DNA of 64,000 nucleotides from Acidilobaceae archaeon (GCA_038897215.1 JAWAWX010000001.1:544001-608000), one strand, 5' to 3'. Numbered from the stretch's first letter, positions 24,548 through 34,703 are shown. Notes: generated by a model from the sequence alone, not told the origin. Translations and numbers: made by a program.

Positions 24548-24991
24548 TCATTTAGGAATACGGTGTCTATATCCTACCCCGCTACCTCTAAGCTTATCTC
24601 TTCTAGACTTAAACCCGACCCCGGGTCCCGACTTCTTCTTAGTACTAGTAGGTCTTCTTTCGGGAATCTCTTCAGCTATGGGGAATCCCGCCTCTTCGAG
24701 TTTCTTTACTGAGCTAGAGCTACCCGCATTGACCTGAAGCTCTCCTCTATAGCTCGTAATCCAGCAATTCGTTATCTCAACTACCTCTCCTTTTCTCAAA
24801 CTACCCGCAAGCCTTCCCCAAAGCGTGAGCTTAACCCTACCGGTCTCATCGCCAACCACGGCTTCGCTTAAAGTTCTAAGACCTCTTCTTGTCTCGACAA
24901 CTTTCTTCTCCCACACCTCTAAGACACGAACTCTGAGAGTGACGCCTTCAAGCCCTTCTTTCAAATCACAAATCTTAAACACAACACTCAT
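24548..24991 (-). CDS. ssb: Crenarchaeal single-stranded DNA-binding protein
   Basis: Single OB fold SEAVVGDETGRVKLTLWG plus G/R-rich tail. Confidence 0.92.
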   Translation of the reverse strand: MSVVFKICDLKEGLEGVTLRVRVLEVWEKKVVETRRGLRTLSEAVVGDETGRVKLTLWGRLAGSLRKGEVVEITNCWITSYRGELQVNAGSSSSVKKLEEAGFPIAEEIPERRPTSTKKKSGPGVGFKSRRDKLRGSGVGYRHRIPK

Positions 24992-25474
24992 ATATTACGC
25001 ACTCTCATACACGCAATCTCTCCACTTGAGGCCTAGGTTTAAAAAAGAACATGAAGTCTTGTCTCCACCCATTCCTCGACAGACGGTTCTTCGTAGCTCT
25101 TCATACTCTCAGCTACTGTCTTCTAGCAGTCTCTTCTCGAGGCAACAACAGTACTTCCCGGCTTCACCATAAGGAACTCTACAACTCTCCTCTCTCACGA
25201 GCTATGATTAGATGAACGTGTAACGTCACTACATACCATAGTACTAAGAACATAGAAGCGATATCGTAGACTATTGAGAACAAGGATAGAACCCTCTACT
25301 GTTAATAATGGCTCTAGCGTTCTCAAAGCCTGAAACAGAAGGAAACCGTATCGTGTAGTGAGCGCTCTTGAGACTCAGGAGTTAGAAGTGAGGAGGCATA
25401 GAGACAACCCTACTTGACTCGAGCCGAGCGTCTAGCGCTACTGTAGCAGAGACTTTTCCCCATGGAACGTTGCT

Positions 25475-25759
25475 TTATGTTGGCTCTGTGGTACGTCCTT
25501 CGATGTGATACTTCAACACATTCAATATAGTGTTTGCTAAGTGCTGCGGCTTTGTGTACCACTTATCATAAGAGTATTTTTTGCCTTGGAAGCTTATCTC
25601 TACAAAGTCTTTAACGTCCCTGATGCTCATGAAGGGCTTTCCTCCTCTGTTGAGTTCGAATGTGTCTTTGTCTTTTCGTAGTAGCTTTATCTCATATTTT
25701 TCTAGCTCGGGTTTGATTGCATCAAATACCTGTGTTAGATAGTCGCTCAACTCCATCAC
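25475..25759 (-). CDS. Hypothetical protein
   Basis: 94-aa ORF with globular composition and upstream TTTATA box (about 25791-25796, minus strand). Confidence 0.65.
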   Translation of the reverse strand: MMELSDYLTQVFDAIKPELEKYEIKLLRKDKDTFELNRGGKPFMSIRDVKDFVEISFQGKKYSYDKWYTKPQHLANTILNVLKYHIEGRTTEPT

Positions 25760-26056
25760 CCCGGAGCTATGCTTTGTTAGCTTACAGAGATATAAATCTT
25801 CATGAGGCTATCGAGACTTTGAGGTTAGGCTTTAGCTTCTACAAGGCACAATCCTGCAGTCACATAACGAGGCTCTAGAGTTTTAGCTTAGCGTGAGAGC
25901 GCGAGAGTCTCCTCTCATTAACTAAGCTAAGAGCTACGGGTGAAGCTTGCTGTTTCTGGCGAGAGCTAGAGGGATGAGTCTCTCCTAGTTATGCGCTTCG
26001 AGCTACAGATTAGTATAAAAGCTGAGCTTCATATCCGAGAGAGGGGCTCGAAGAGC

Positions 26057-26653
26057 ATGAGTGAGGAGAGAGGGCTGAGTTTTGAGCCTAGTGAGCCGTT
26101 GCTTTTCGGCAAGTGGAGCTTCGTGGGAGTCGAGATCAGAGACCCGAGCTTAAAGAAGTATATCTGCCTTAAGCCTGTCTACCTTCCTCATAGTGGAGGA
26201 AGACATGAGCATAGAAGGTTCGGTAAAGCCAATGTCAGTATAGTAGAGCGATTGATTAACAAGCTCATGTATCCTGGTAAAAATGGAGGCAAGAAGCACC
26301 TGGCCTATAACATAGTGAAGACTGCTTTCGATATAATACATTACGAGACTCGAGAGAACCCCCTCCAAGTCTTGGTGAGAGCTATCGAGAACTCTGCTCC
26401 TCGAGAAGAGACCACGAGGATAATGTATGGAGGTATAACATACCACGTCTCAGTAGACGTGTCGCCCCAAAGACGAGTAGACTTAGCACTTAGATTCATA
26501 AGCGAGGGAGCTAGACTCTGTGCTTTCAGAAACCCTAAGCCGATAGAAGAGTGCTTAGCTGAAGAGATCATAAAGGCTTCGAGAAACTCTCCAGAGAGCT
26601 ATGCTGTTAGACAGAGGGAGGAGATAGAAAGGATAGCTCTCAGCTCGAGATAA
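26057..26653 (+). CDS. rps7: 30S ribosomal protein S7
   Basis: [25 protein letters not shown] and ERIALSSR; ATG at 26057. Confidence 0.97.
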   Translation: MSEERGLSFEPSEPLLFGKWSFVGVEIRDPSLKKYICLKPVYLPHSGGRHEHRRFGKANVSIVERLINKLMYPGKNGGKKHLAYNIVKTAFDIIHYETRENPLQVLVRAIENSAPREETTRIMYGGITYHVSVDVSPQRRVDLALRFISEGARLCAFRNPKPIEECLAEEIIKASRNSPESYAVRQREEIERIALSSR

Positions 26654-26989
26654 CACGGCTATGCTCGAACACAGCAAGGAGAGAAGAGGCTCGCTTACTT
26701 CATGACAGACTTCTAGCAACAACTTGCATCTCTAGCGTAAGTTCTTGCCGACTCTCATCGATAGTCTCAGTTTTAAACTACGAGAAGAAAGCGAGACCGA
26801 TCTTTCTGCTAGACTCTACGAGATGCACGAGTCTAAATTGGAGAAAGCTATAGGGACGTTGTCTCGAGACAACCATGCTCACTATTCTCTAAGATAGAGG
26901 TTATATTGTGGAAAGTTCTAGAGGAGGAGGATAAACTAGAATATTCTCACTCGCGTGAAGATATAAGTGGTAATGCGTGCTGGGAAGAT

Positions 26990-28102
26990 ATGGAAGGGAG
27001 TTCGCCTGTGCCTCGGAGACCTCTCGTAGTGGTAGTCGACATAGACGATGATATCTTTGAAGTGACGGGGTCTAGTGTTATAGCTGGGTCTGAGAACGTT
27101 CTCTCGGCTGCTCTCGCCTACGCTAGAGCTAGACCCGAAGATGCAGACCTTAACGCTATATTCTACGGTCTCAGCCTCTATTGGCGATTCCGGGAGAGAA
27201 AGCTTGACCCAGAGATAGCCATAGTTGGAGGGCATAGAAGCGACGAGGTTGAAGCACAGCTGAGACTCAAGGAGAGAGTGAAGAAGCTAGTCGAGGAGCT
27301 GGGTGGTAACGTAGAACTCTACATAGTTGGAGACGGGCTAGACGAGGTTATGATAGGAGAGATTCTGAGCGATATAGCGCCAATAGCTGTGTCTAAGAGA
27401 ATAGTGGTCGAGCAACACCCGGGAATAGAGACTAGCTACGTTCTATTATCGAGGTACATCAGGAAAGCTGTCGAAGACCCTAGACTTGCTAGATACTCTC
27501 TCGGCATACCCGGCGTTCTACTCGCTCTACTAGGGGTTCTCGCCATCTTCGATATGCTAGACCTAGCGATAAAGATATCTCTAACGATATTAGGGATAGC
27601 CATGATAGTCAAAGGATTTAATCTAGAGGACTACGCTACACTACTCCTAACTAGAGCCTTGAATTACGTTAGAGAACCTCCCTACGTTAGGCTAGCAGCG
27701 TTGATAATATTTGTGGCGCTCGTGAGCGTGAGCATATACGTTCCTCTTGATGCTTCGAGGAGAGAAGGGACTACAGCTGCTCTCCTAGCTCTCCTAGGCT
27801 TCTCAGCTCCCCTAACCTTCATAGGACTCTCTTTAGCTTTACTCATAGGGAACGTTCTCCGCGAGATTCTGCATGGAGAATTCAGGTCGATAGACTCTCT
27901 AGTCCTCTCCGTAACTCTACTACTGATAGCCATAGGGTTCTATAGCCTAGGCTCAACGCTCGAGGAGTTCGTAGCAGTAACGGGAGACCTTAGCTCTGAC
28001 ATCTTGATAAAAGCTATAGTAGAGAGCAAGTTCATCATATTCTTAGCCCTAGGAGGACTCACTGCCGGCGTTCTTGAAGTAGTGTTGAGGAAGCTGGTTT
28101 AG
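26990..28102 (+). CDS. DUF373-family membrane protein
   Basis: VVVDIDDD, PEDADLNA and IVVEQHPGIE, followed by TM helices. Confidence 0.8.
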   Translation: MEGSSPVPRRPLVVVVDIDDDIFEVTGSSVIAGSENVLSAALAYARARPEDADLNAIFYGLSLYWRFRERKLDPEIAIVGGHRSDEVEAQLRLKERVKKLVEELGGNVELYIVGDGLDEVMIGEILSDIAPIAVSKRIVVEQHPGIETSYVLLSRYIRKAVEDPRLARYSLGIPGVLLALLGVLAIFDMLDLAIKISLTILGIAMIVKGFNLEDYATLLLTRALNYVREPPYVRLAALIIFVALVSVSIYVPLDASRREGTTAALLALLGFSAPLTFIGLSLALLIGNVLREILHGEFRSIDSLVLSVTLLLIAIGFYSLGSTLEEFVAVTGDLSSDILIKAIVESKFIIFLALGGLTAGVLEVVLRKLV

Positions 28103-28482
28103 TTTGCTCAGCATCTTTGCTCGAGTTCTAGCCAACAAGCAAACTTCAAGACTTCTAGAATATCAAATCCATGTAGGAAGCCAGGAACACTAATCAGAGG
28201 TTTTAAGAACTGTCTCCCGTTCTGGGTCTCTCCGAGTTGGCCTAGAGCGGGTCATTGCATCTTTCTCAAGTTCTCTTTCCGCTGTCTTCTATGAGTCTCG
28301 CGAACTCGAGGTGCCTCGTAGACTTTACGAGGTCGGCAAGCGCGTACGCCTGATCGTAGCGAGAAGTCTAGGAAGCAGGAGAGAACCTCGATAAACCTTA
28401 ATCCACAGAATAGCTAACCGGTTCTTCCTCGCTCTCGGGTTATCTGATATAAGGCGGGCTAGTTCGCTAGCCGTGAGAGGGA

Positions 28483-29091
28483 GTGGGTTTGAGTTTAAGA
28501 CATGTAGGTATAATACCTGACGGTAATCGCCGATGGGCTAAACGCCATGGTACGAGTCTTCGAGAGGCGTATTTGAGAGGATTGCAAGTCTTCGAGATGA
28601 TAGCTCTAAGTCTGTTCGAGCGGGGCATCCCATTGCTTACTGTATACGCTCTTAGCTATGAGAACTGCATATATCGCGATAGGAGAGAGTTAGAGGTATT
28701 GGAGAACGTGCTAGAGCTCGGTCTCGATATCCTCAAGAGCTGGGTTGAGAAAAACATCGTAGCTGTTAGATTCTATGGCGAGAAGAATCTACTATCTGAG
28801 AAGCTGAGAAGCAGGGTAGAAGAGCTACTCGACTCTTCTTGGTCATCTTTTAGGCTAAACGTAGGTCTTTGCTATAAGCATGGAGTGGACCAGAACAACG
28901 TAAGTCAACTACACCCAATAGATTTGATAATAAGAACAGGAGGCTATTCTAGGTTAAGCGGCTTCTTTCCTAGTCTATCTAGTTATGCTGAGATATACGT
29001 GACTGAGAAGCTCTGGCCTGATTTTACTGAGGGAGACTTAGAGGAGGCGATTACATGGTTTATGAGGCAGAGGAGAAATTTTGGTAAGTAG
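28483..29091 (+). CDS. uppS: cis-prenyltransferase (undecaprenyl diphosphate synthase family)
   Basis: HVGIIPDGNRRWA, IDLIIRTGG..RLSGF, LWPDF and C-terminal RRNFGK. Confidence 0.9.
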   Translation: MGLSLRHVGIIPDGNRRWAKRHGTSLREAYLRGLQVFEMIALSLFERGIPLLTVYALSYENCIYRDRRELEVLENVLELGLDILKSWVEKNIVAVRFYGEKNLLSEKLRSRVEELLDSSWSSFRLNVGLCYKHGVDQNNVSQLHPIDLIIRTGGYSRLSGFFPSLSSYAEIYVTEKLWPDFTEGDLEEAITWFMRQRRNFGK

Positions 29092-29444
29092 AACCTGCGG
29101 AGAGGCGCATTTCGCAAATCCTACGCGAGATACCCCCGATGATTAACGTAGAGCACTCGCTTACGATGCTCTAAGCATCGTTCTACTCAACTCGCGTAGA
29201 CTTAGGTGTTGGCGTGAACTCGTGAGCGATAATCGAGTTCAAGAACGCAAAATACTCATCTATATTTAGCTTTAGAGAGCAAAGAATAGCAACCTATAGC
29301 TTCGAGACATCTCCTGAACAATATCGCTGAGTCTTGCGACTACTTTGCGGGAACAGCGGGAAAGGAGGATAGTTTCATGACATTTCCTTGAGAACACAGT
29401 CTCCTCGAGAGACGCTCATTAGAAGTAGTCAATAGCCTTTAACC

Positions 29445-29452
29445 TTTTAAGC
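29445..29452 (+). promoter_or_regulatory. TATA box for split tRNA 5' half
   Basis: TTTTAAGC ends about 25 nt upstream of tRNA position 1. Confidence 0.7.
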
Positions 29453-29477
29453 ACTCTTCAAGTAGTATCGAGATGGT

Positions 29478-29534
29478 AGCCGGGTCGTCTAGCGGCCCAG
29501 GATGCGGGGCTTTGGAGCCGGCCCCGCGCCCCGC
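29478..29534 (+). tRNA. Split tRNA-Gln(UUG) 5' half (exon 29478-29515; trailer 29516-29534)
   Basis: AGCCGGG TC GTCTAGCGGCCCAGGAT G CGGGG CT TTG G, then a GC-rich trailer and no T arm; the acceptor pairs 7/7 with the 3' half (A1-U72). Confidence 0.93.
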
Positions 29535-29537
29535 TCT

Positions 29538-29705
29538 CTAGGTCTTCTTGTAGAGTCTCCTAGCTATGATGAAGTAGATAAGCAGATAGGAGAGAACAGG
29601 AGAAACCATCACTAGAGCCAGCCCGAGTATGGCGATAGCCAAAGAGTCTATTTTGCTAGCTATGATTGCTAGAAGAGTTCCCATCATAGCTATAGATAGA
29701 GTCAT
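29538..29705 (-). CDS. Small two-TM membrane protein
   Basis: Hydrophobic ORF with basic C-terminus; start uncertain (29705 or 29768); overlaps the CinA-like gene end. Confidence 0.45.
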   Translation of the reverse strand: MTLSIAMMGTLLAIIASKIDSLAIAILGLALVMVSPVLSYLLIYFIIARRLYKKT

Positions 29706-30522
29706 TGATACTTTTAGCAGTACAATCGCTAAGAACAACGGATCCCTTCGCTTTCCCCGCTTCTGCAACTACCGTCTCCACGGCTTTCCTAGCTACCTCT
29801 AGGTATTTCTCTACTTCTGTGGGATCGCATACTGTTGAGAGCTCTACTACGACTGAGGGCTCGGCGTACTCTAGACCTCGAGGATATGATTTGATGAAAA
29901 ATAATCCCTTTAGAGATTCTCTTAGTTCTAAGAGAGATTGAGCGATGTCTGCTTCGAGGACATCTCTAATCTCAATTCTGCACTCAACAATAGCTGAGGG
30001 CCTACCCGCTCGTGCTACGAGAAGTTGGACTAGCTTCTCAAAGATAGCTCTGACTTCTCCAGGCGGTCCTGGGAGAGCTATGACTAGTTTGTCTCCATGA
30101 GTTAATACGATTCCGGGAGCTGCCCCCACGGGGTTCTCCACGATCTGAGCGCCCTCAGGAGCCATCGCTAACTTGATTCTACTCTCTCTCAACTCTATGC
30201 CGTATTTCTTACAGTATCTCTCAACAAAACTGAGAGCGTCCGAGTGGAGTACTAGCTTCTTCCCCGTAGCTCTAGCTATAGCCTCTAGTGTGACATCGTC
30301 GGGCCCCAAGCCTAGCCCGCCAGTAGTGACTACGACCTCTGCTCGTGCTAGAGCTCTGCGAAGCTCTTCCTCAATATCATCTATTGAGTCGGGGACAGTG
30401 ACGACCCTCGAGACCGAGAATCCCAGCTTTGTGAGTCTATCGGCGAGCCAGGCGGCGTTAGTGTTTACTACTCGCCCTCTCAGAAGCTCTGTCCCCACTG
30501 ATATTATCCAAGCTTCTCTCAA
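29656..30522 (-). CDS. CinA-like / molybdopterin-binding domain protein
   Basis: ISVGTELLRG..NTNAAWL, TTGGLG..DDVT, NPVGAAPG and LPGPP. Confidence 0.88.
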   Translation of the reverse strand: MREAWIISVGTELLRGRVVNTNAAWLADRLTKLGFSVSRVVTVPDSIDDIEEELRRALARAEVVVTTGGLGLGPDDVTLEAIARATGKKLVLHSDALSFVERYCKKYGIELRESRIKLAMAPEGAQIVENPVGAAPGIVLTHGDKLVIALPGPPGEVRAIFEKLVQLLVARAGRPSAIVECRIEIRDVLEADIAQSLLELRESLKGLFFIKSYPRGLEYAEPSVVVELSTVCDPTEVEKYLEVARKAVETVVAEAGKAKGSVVLSDCTAKSINDSIYSYDGNSSSNHS

Positions 30523-31685
30523 GCTCTTCCTCCTCTACTCTCGCTCAATACCTCCTCGTATACCCTGACTATCTGCTCAGACACTATGCTCCAGGAGTAC
30601 CTCTCTTCAGCCACCTCTCTAGCTCTCCTACCCATCTCTCTCCTCAACGCCTCGTCTTGAAGGAGAGTGACCACTGCTTCAGCTAGCTCTCTAGCAGAGC
30701 CTGGCGGCACGAGAAGCCCCGTCTTCCTCTCCTCAACTACCTCCTTAAGCCCTCCGACGCTTGTCGCGATTACAGGCCTCCCCGTTGCCATAGCCTCGAT
30801 CGCCGTTATTCCGAAGCACTCGTTGTAAAGACTTGGAACAACGACTATCTTCGCGCTCCTCAGAATCCTGATTTTCTCGCTCTCTGAAAGCCAGCCTACT
30901 AGCTTGACTCTATCGGAGACTTTGAGAATCCTAGAGAGAACGTTGGCTACGGTCTTCATGTAGCCCTCGCCGACTATCACTATCTCTAAGTCCTTTATCT
31001 CTCTCATTATTAAAGGCGCCGCATTGATAAGCACGTGGACACCCTTTCTGTGAACAAGCCTCCCGACAAAGACAATCCTGTTTTCTTCGGGCTCTCTCTC
31101 TGGCGGGCTATACTTCTCGGTGTCGACTCCATTAGGGATGACTACGTGCCTAAACCTAGCATCTCTCCCTACTAGGTTCTCGACGAATTTCCGCGCTTCT
31201 TGACTCACAGATATCACTGCCTGAGCATACCTCAAGTAGTACCTAGCTGGAGTCAGGTAAGACAGCGTGCTCCATATGCTCGAATCATAGAAGAAAAATA
31301 GCGTGTGATTAGTTATAACTCTAGACACTCCTAGGTCGTGAGCATACTTCAAAGACATGAGCGGCAATAATGTGAAAATATGGTGTGAGTGGATTAAGTC
31401 GAACTTTCCGCGGAGCAAGGTCTCCTTAATGCTGGAAACGTTAGGCGGGATTATCAGAGATTCTAGAGGTATAACCGAGTCTACTGTGAAGCTGGGAACA
31501 GATGGGAGAGTGTCGACATCTCTAAAGCCTATACGACGCGAGATTATAGAGACCTCTAAGCCACGCTTAGCTAGCCAGAGAGCCAGGTATCTGACGTGAC
31601 TCTGGACCCCTCCGGTACTCGATGGATGCCAGTCTATTACCAAACCTACCCTCAAGGCTATTCCCGGGAGAAACTGTGAGTGCAA
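30519..31685 (-). CDS. Glycosyltransferase family 4
   Basis: GGVQSH, IPNGVD, FVGRL..RKG and ECFGITAIEAMA (EX7E). Confidence 0.92.
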   Translation of the reverse strand: MHSQFLPGIALRVGLVIDWHPSSTGGVQSHVRYLALWLAKRGLEVSIISRRIGFRDVDTLPSVPSFTVDSVIPLESLIIPPNVSSIKETLLRGKFDLIHSHHIFTLLPLMSLKYAHDLGVSRVITNHTLFFFYDSSIWSTLSYLTPARYYLRYAQAVISVSQEARKFVENLVGRDARFRHVVIPNGVDTEKYSPPEREPEENRIVFVGRLVHRKGVHVLINAAPLIMREIKDLEIVIVGEGYMKTVANVLSRILKVSDRVKLVGWLSESEKIRILRSAKIVVVPSLYNECFGITAIEAMATGRPVIATSVGGLKEVVEERKTGLLVPPGSARELAEAVVTLLQDEALRREMGRRAREVAEERYSWSIVSEQIVRVYEEVLSESRGGRA

Positions 31686-31752
31686 CGAGCTTAAATTACT
31701 GAGAAAGTATGTGAAAGTATGTAGAAAGCTCTGTCGTAGAAGAAAACAGTGT

Positions 31753-33414
31753 CTAGTCTAGGTCGAGCTTACTGCTTGAAGTTGGTTTCTCCTCCTCTTC
31801 TTCCTTTTTCTCTTTCTCCTTCTCCTTCTTTGGTGGCGCTGCAGCTATCACGTCGTCTATCTTTAACACGCTTATAGCTACTTCTGCAGCGCTTTTGACT
31901 ACCTGCTTCTTGACGAGAAGCGGCTCGAAGACTCCTAGGCTTAGCATGTCTTCTGAGAGCTTACCTCCTAGCACATTAACGCCCGCTTTGATATTACCTT
32001 GAGCGTGATAGCTTCTAAGCTGTAGTAGAGCATCTAGCGGATCTAGGCCCGCGCTTTCCGCGAGAACACTTGGTATTATCTCGAGAGCATCTGCAAATGC
32101 TTCTATAGCGAGCTGCTCCTTTCCGCCCACTGTTCTCGCGTAGCTTCTTAGTCTGAGAGCTAGCTCTATCTCTGCGGCTCCACCGCCCGGCAGGATCTTG
32201 GGTTCTCTCATGACGTTTCTAAGGGCATGGAGAGCGTCTTTTATGTTTCTCTCAGCTTCGTCTAGGATCATATCGTTAGCTCCTCTCAACAGGATGGTTA
32301 CGCTTCTCGGGTTCTTGCATCCCTCGACGAACACCATCTTGTCTTCACCCACCATTCTCTCCTCGACTAGCGCAGCGTAACCCAGATAGTCGGGCTTCAG
32401 CTCTCTGAGACTGGTTACTATCCTGGCTCCCGTTGCTCTAGCTAGCTTCTCTATATCGCTCCTCTTCACTCTCCTAACTGCTAATATCCCCTTCTTGGCT
32501 AGGAAGTGTTGCGCGACCTCATCTATTCCTTTCTGAGTGATAACCACGTTGGCTCCAGTCTCGGCGATTCTCTCAACCATCTCTCTGAGAATCCTAGTCT
32601 CCTCCTCCAAGAATCTCTCCAGCTGGTCTACGTCAGTGACTCTTATCTTAGTGGTTAGGTCAGGCTTCTGTATCTCGAGAGGAGCATCTAGCACAAGTAT
32701 CTTAGCATCCTCTACTCTCTTAGGCATGCCAGGGTGTACGACTTCTTTGTCTAAAACGATCCCTCTCACTATCTTAGAGTCGAAGAGACTCCCTCCTTTC
32801 TTCTTCTCTATCTTGACATTATCTAGGTCTACGTTATAGCCGCCATCGGGTCTCTTCTCCGCTATGATCTTTATGGTCTCGATTACTATGTCTACTAGTT
32901 TCGCCTTCTCGGGACCGTGGCCCACATATTTGCTAGCTAGAGTCGTCTCAGCTATGTTGCGTAATGTCGTTTCATCTTCTAGATTTATAGGAATAGCTAC
33001 CGAATCTAGTATCTTCAACGACTCGTTTAGAGCCTTGGTGTAGCCATTGATTATCGTTACTGGGTGAATGTTCTCATCAAGAAGTCTCTCGGCTCTCTCT
33101 AGAAGAGTTCCTGCAAGGACTACTACCGACGTCGTCCCATCACCCACCTCTGAGTCTTGGGCTTTAGCTACCTCAACTAGAAGCTTTGCTGCTGGATGCT
33201 GAACCTCCATCTCTTTAACTATCGTGGCTCCATCGTTGGTGACAGTTATATCTCCAAAGGAGTCTATTAGCATCTTATCGAGACCTCTGGGGCCCAGGCT
33301 TGTCTTAAGGATCTCTGCCATCACTTTAGCCGCTAAGATATTGGCTCTCAGAGCCTCTCTCCCATAGGTTCTAGAGGCTCCTTCCTTCAATATCAATACG
33401 GGGATAGCTGCCAT
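31753..33414 (-). CDS. Thermosome (group II chaperonin) subunit
   Basis: [17 protein letters not shown] and GDGTTS. Confidence 0.98.
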   Translation of the reverse strand: MAAIPVLILKEGASRTYGREALRANILAAKVMAEILKTSLGPRGLDKMLIDSFGDITVTNDGATIVKEMEVQHPAAKLLVEVAKAQDSEVGDGTTSVVVLAGTLLERAERLLDENIHPVTIINGYTKALNESLKILDSVAIPINLEDETTLRNIAETTLASKYVGHGPEKAKLVDIVIETIKIIAEKRPDGGYNVDLDNVKIEKKKGGSLFDSKIVRGIVLDKEVVHPGMPKRVEDAKILVLDAPLEIQKPDLTTKIRVTDVDQLERFLEEETRILREMVERIAETGANVVITQKGIDEVAQHFLAKKGILAVRRVKRSDIEKLARATGARIVTSLRELKPDYLGYAALVEERMVGEDKMVFVEGCKNPRSVTILLRGANDMILDEAERNIKDALHALRNVMREPKILPGGGAAEIELALRLRSYARTVGGKEQLAIEAFADALEIIPSVLAESAGLDPLDALLQLRSYHAQGNIKAGVNVLGGKLSEDMLSLGVFEPLLVKKQVVKSAAEVAISVLKIDDVIAAAPPKKEKEKEKKEEEEEKPTSSSKLDLD

Positions 33415-33666
33415 CTCCGACCCCCCATCCAGCCTCCTCTCTTAACCCCCAGAGAATTAATATAAGTTAATAGGAAATCGGTGCGCTTTAAAAACGTTTC
33501 CCTATTGGCTTCATTGAGTATTCGTACATAAGCTAGCTTGCATCAAGCACGTCTAGAGAAGCTCGTGAGCCGACGCGCTTAAGAGAACATGGCTGAGGAG
33601 TCTAGCGTTTGCTAAGCGGAGAGACTCTATAGCGATTTATCCTCCGCTGTTCTGCTATCTCTTACT

Positions 33667-34605
33667 ATGTCTCGGAGAGCACTCTTCGGTCGAGAAGTTA
33701 TGCTAGCAAGGTGTGATAGATGTGGCTCGAGAGTAGCTAAGTATTATAGGAGAGCTAGTGGTGAGAGACTCTGCGAGCTCTGCCTAGAGTCTTCTTTGGA
33801 GAAGGCTTTGAGAAAATATTTGAGGCCATGGGGTGCTCTAAGACCCGCCTCTAGAGTTCTCGTCCCGATCTCAGAGCCCATGATTCTCCACTCCATGGTG
33901 CTAGCTAGTCTCATCGTGAAAGCTAAGAGAGGATTCGGGTCACACGTTCTAGTTGTTTTCTTCGATTTCATGAAAGAGGGAGTAGTGGAGAAGCTTGTAG
34001 AGAATCTCATCGGGTTCATAGGCGGTCACGGAGGGTGGAGTGTTGTTCGAGCTGAGATCTCGCTATCTCCGAGCTTTCAGCAACTCGATTTCTTCGACTT
34101 ACTGAGAGTAAACAGGAGATTAGCTGTAGAAGCTTCTAGAAGATTAGGGGCGCGATTTGCTCTACTACCACTAACTAGAACATCGCTCCTACTACTCTTA
34201 AGCGAAGCTATAGCTAGACGTTCTTGCGACAATCTCTTAGACCTTATGCAGGAGTACCGGGTAGATGGCGTGACTTTGATTAATGCATTGTATTCGATCG
34301 AAGAGGAAGCCGTAGTTTCCTACGCGTACCTCTCGGGTATTCTCGAGGCGATCGAGACTCTTGGTCTCCACCCTCCGAAATACCTCCATTTATCTCGAGC
34401 AATGGCAGAAGCCTTAAGAGGAGGCCCTGACCTCGAATTCAGCTCGGAGAGCATTCACGCCGAGCTAGCAGGAGTCTGCATATCTAGATACGGGTATGGT
34501 AAAGCTTGCTCCTATTGCGGTGCCCCAAGTAGAGAGAGTGTTTGCGAAACCTGTAGTAGAGCTAGCTTAGCGGTTAATCTGGAGAAGGTCTACGAGAGAG
34601 TGTGA
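33667..34605 (+). CDS. Degenerate TtuA/Ncs6-like protein (Zn fingers kept, PP-loop lost)
   Basis: N-terminal CDRC...LCELC and C-terminal CSYC...CETC; VLVPISEPMILHS in place of AVSGGKDS. Confidence 0.6.
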   Translation: MSRRALFGREVMLARCDRCGSRVAKYYRRASGERLCELCLESSLEKALRKYLRPWGALRPASRVLVPISEPMILHSMVLASLIVKAKRGFGSHVLVVFFDFMKEGVVEKLVENLIGFIGGHGGWSVVRAEISLSPSFQQLDFFDLLRVNRRLAVEASRRLGARFALLPLTRTSLLLLLSEAIARRSCDNLLDLMQEYRVDGVTLINALYSIEEEAVVSYAYLSGILEAIETLGLHPPKYLHLSRAMAEALRGGPDLEFSSESIHAELAGVCISRYGYGKACSYCGAPSRESVCETCSRASLAVNLEKVYERV

Positions 34606-34703
34606 GAGCAGAGGGAGCTACTACAAGGGGGTGTGAGCTAGAGCGTTGAAGGCTATAGTAAAGACTAGCAGCTTTTAACTCTTGAAGCACTGTTAATCTG
34701 AAG

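Noticed and set aside
13826-28407. 14-mer AACCTTAATCCACA at 13826 and 28394
   Set aside because: Largely a TATA-like sequence before unrelated genes at different spacings; compatible with chance
33469-33508. Imperfect inverted repeat AATAGGAAA...TTTCCCTATT upstream of the thermosome gene
   Set aside because: Short, AT-rich and single-copy; cannot be supported as an operator
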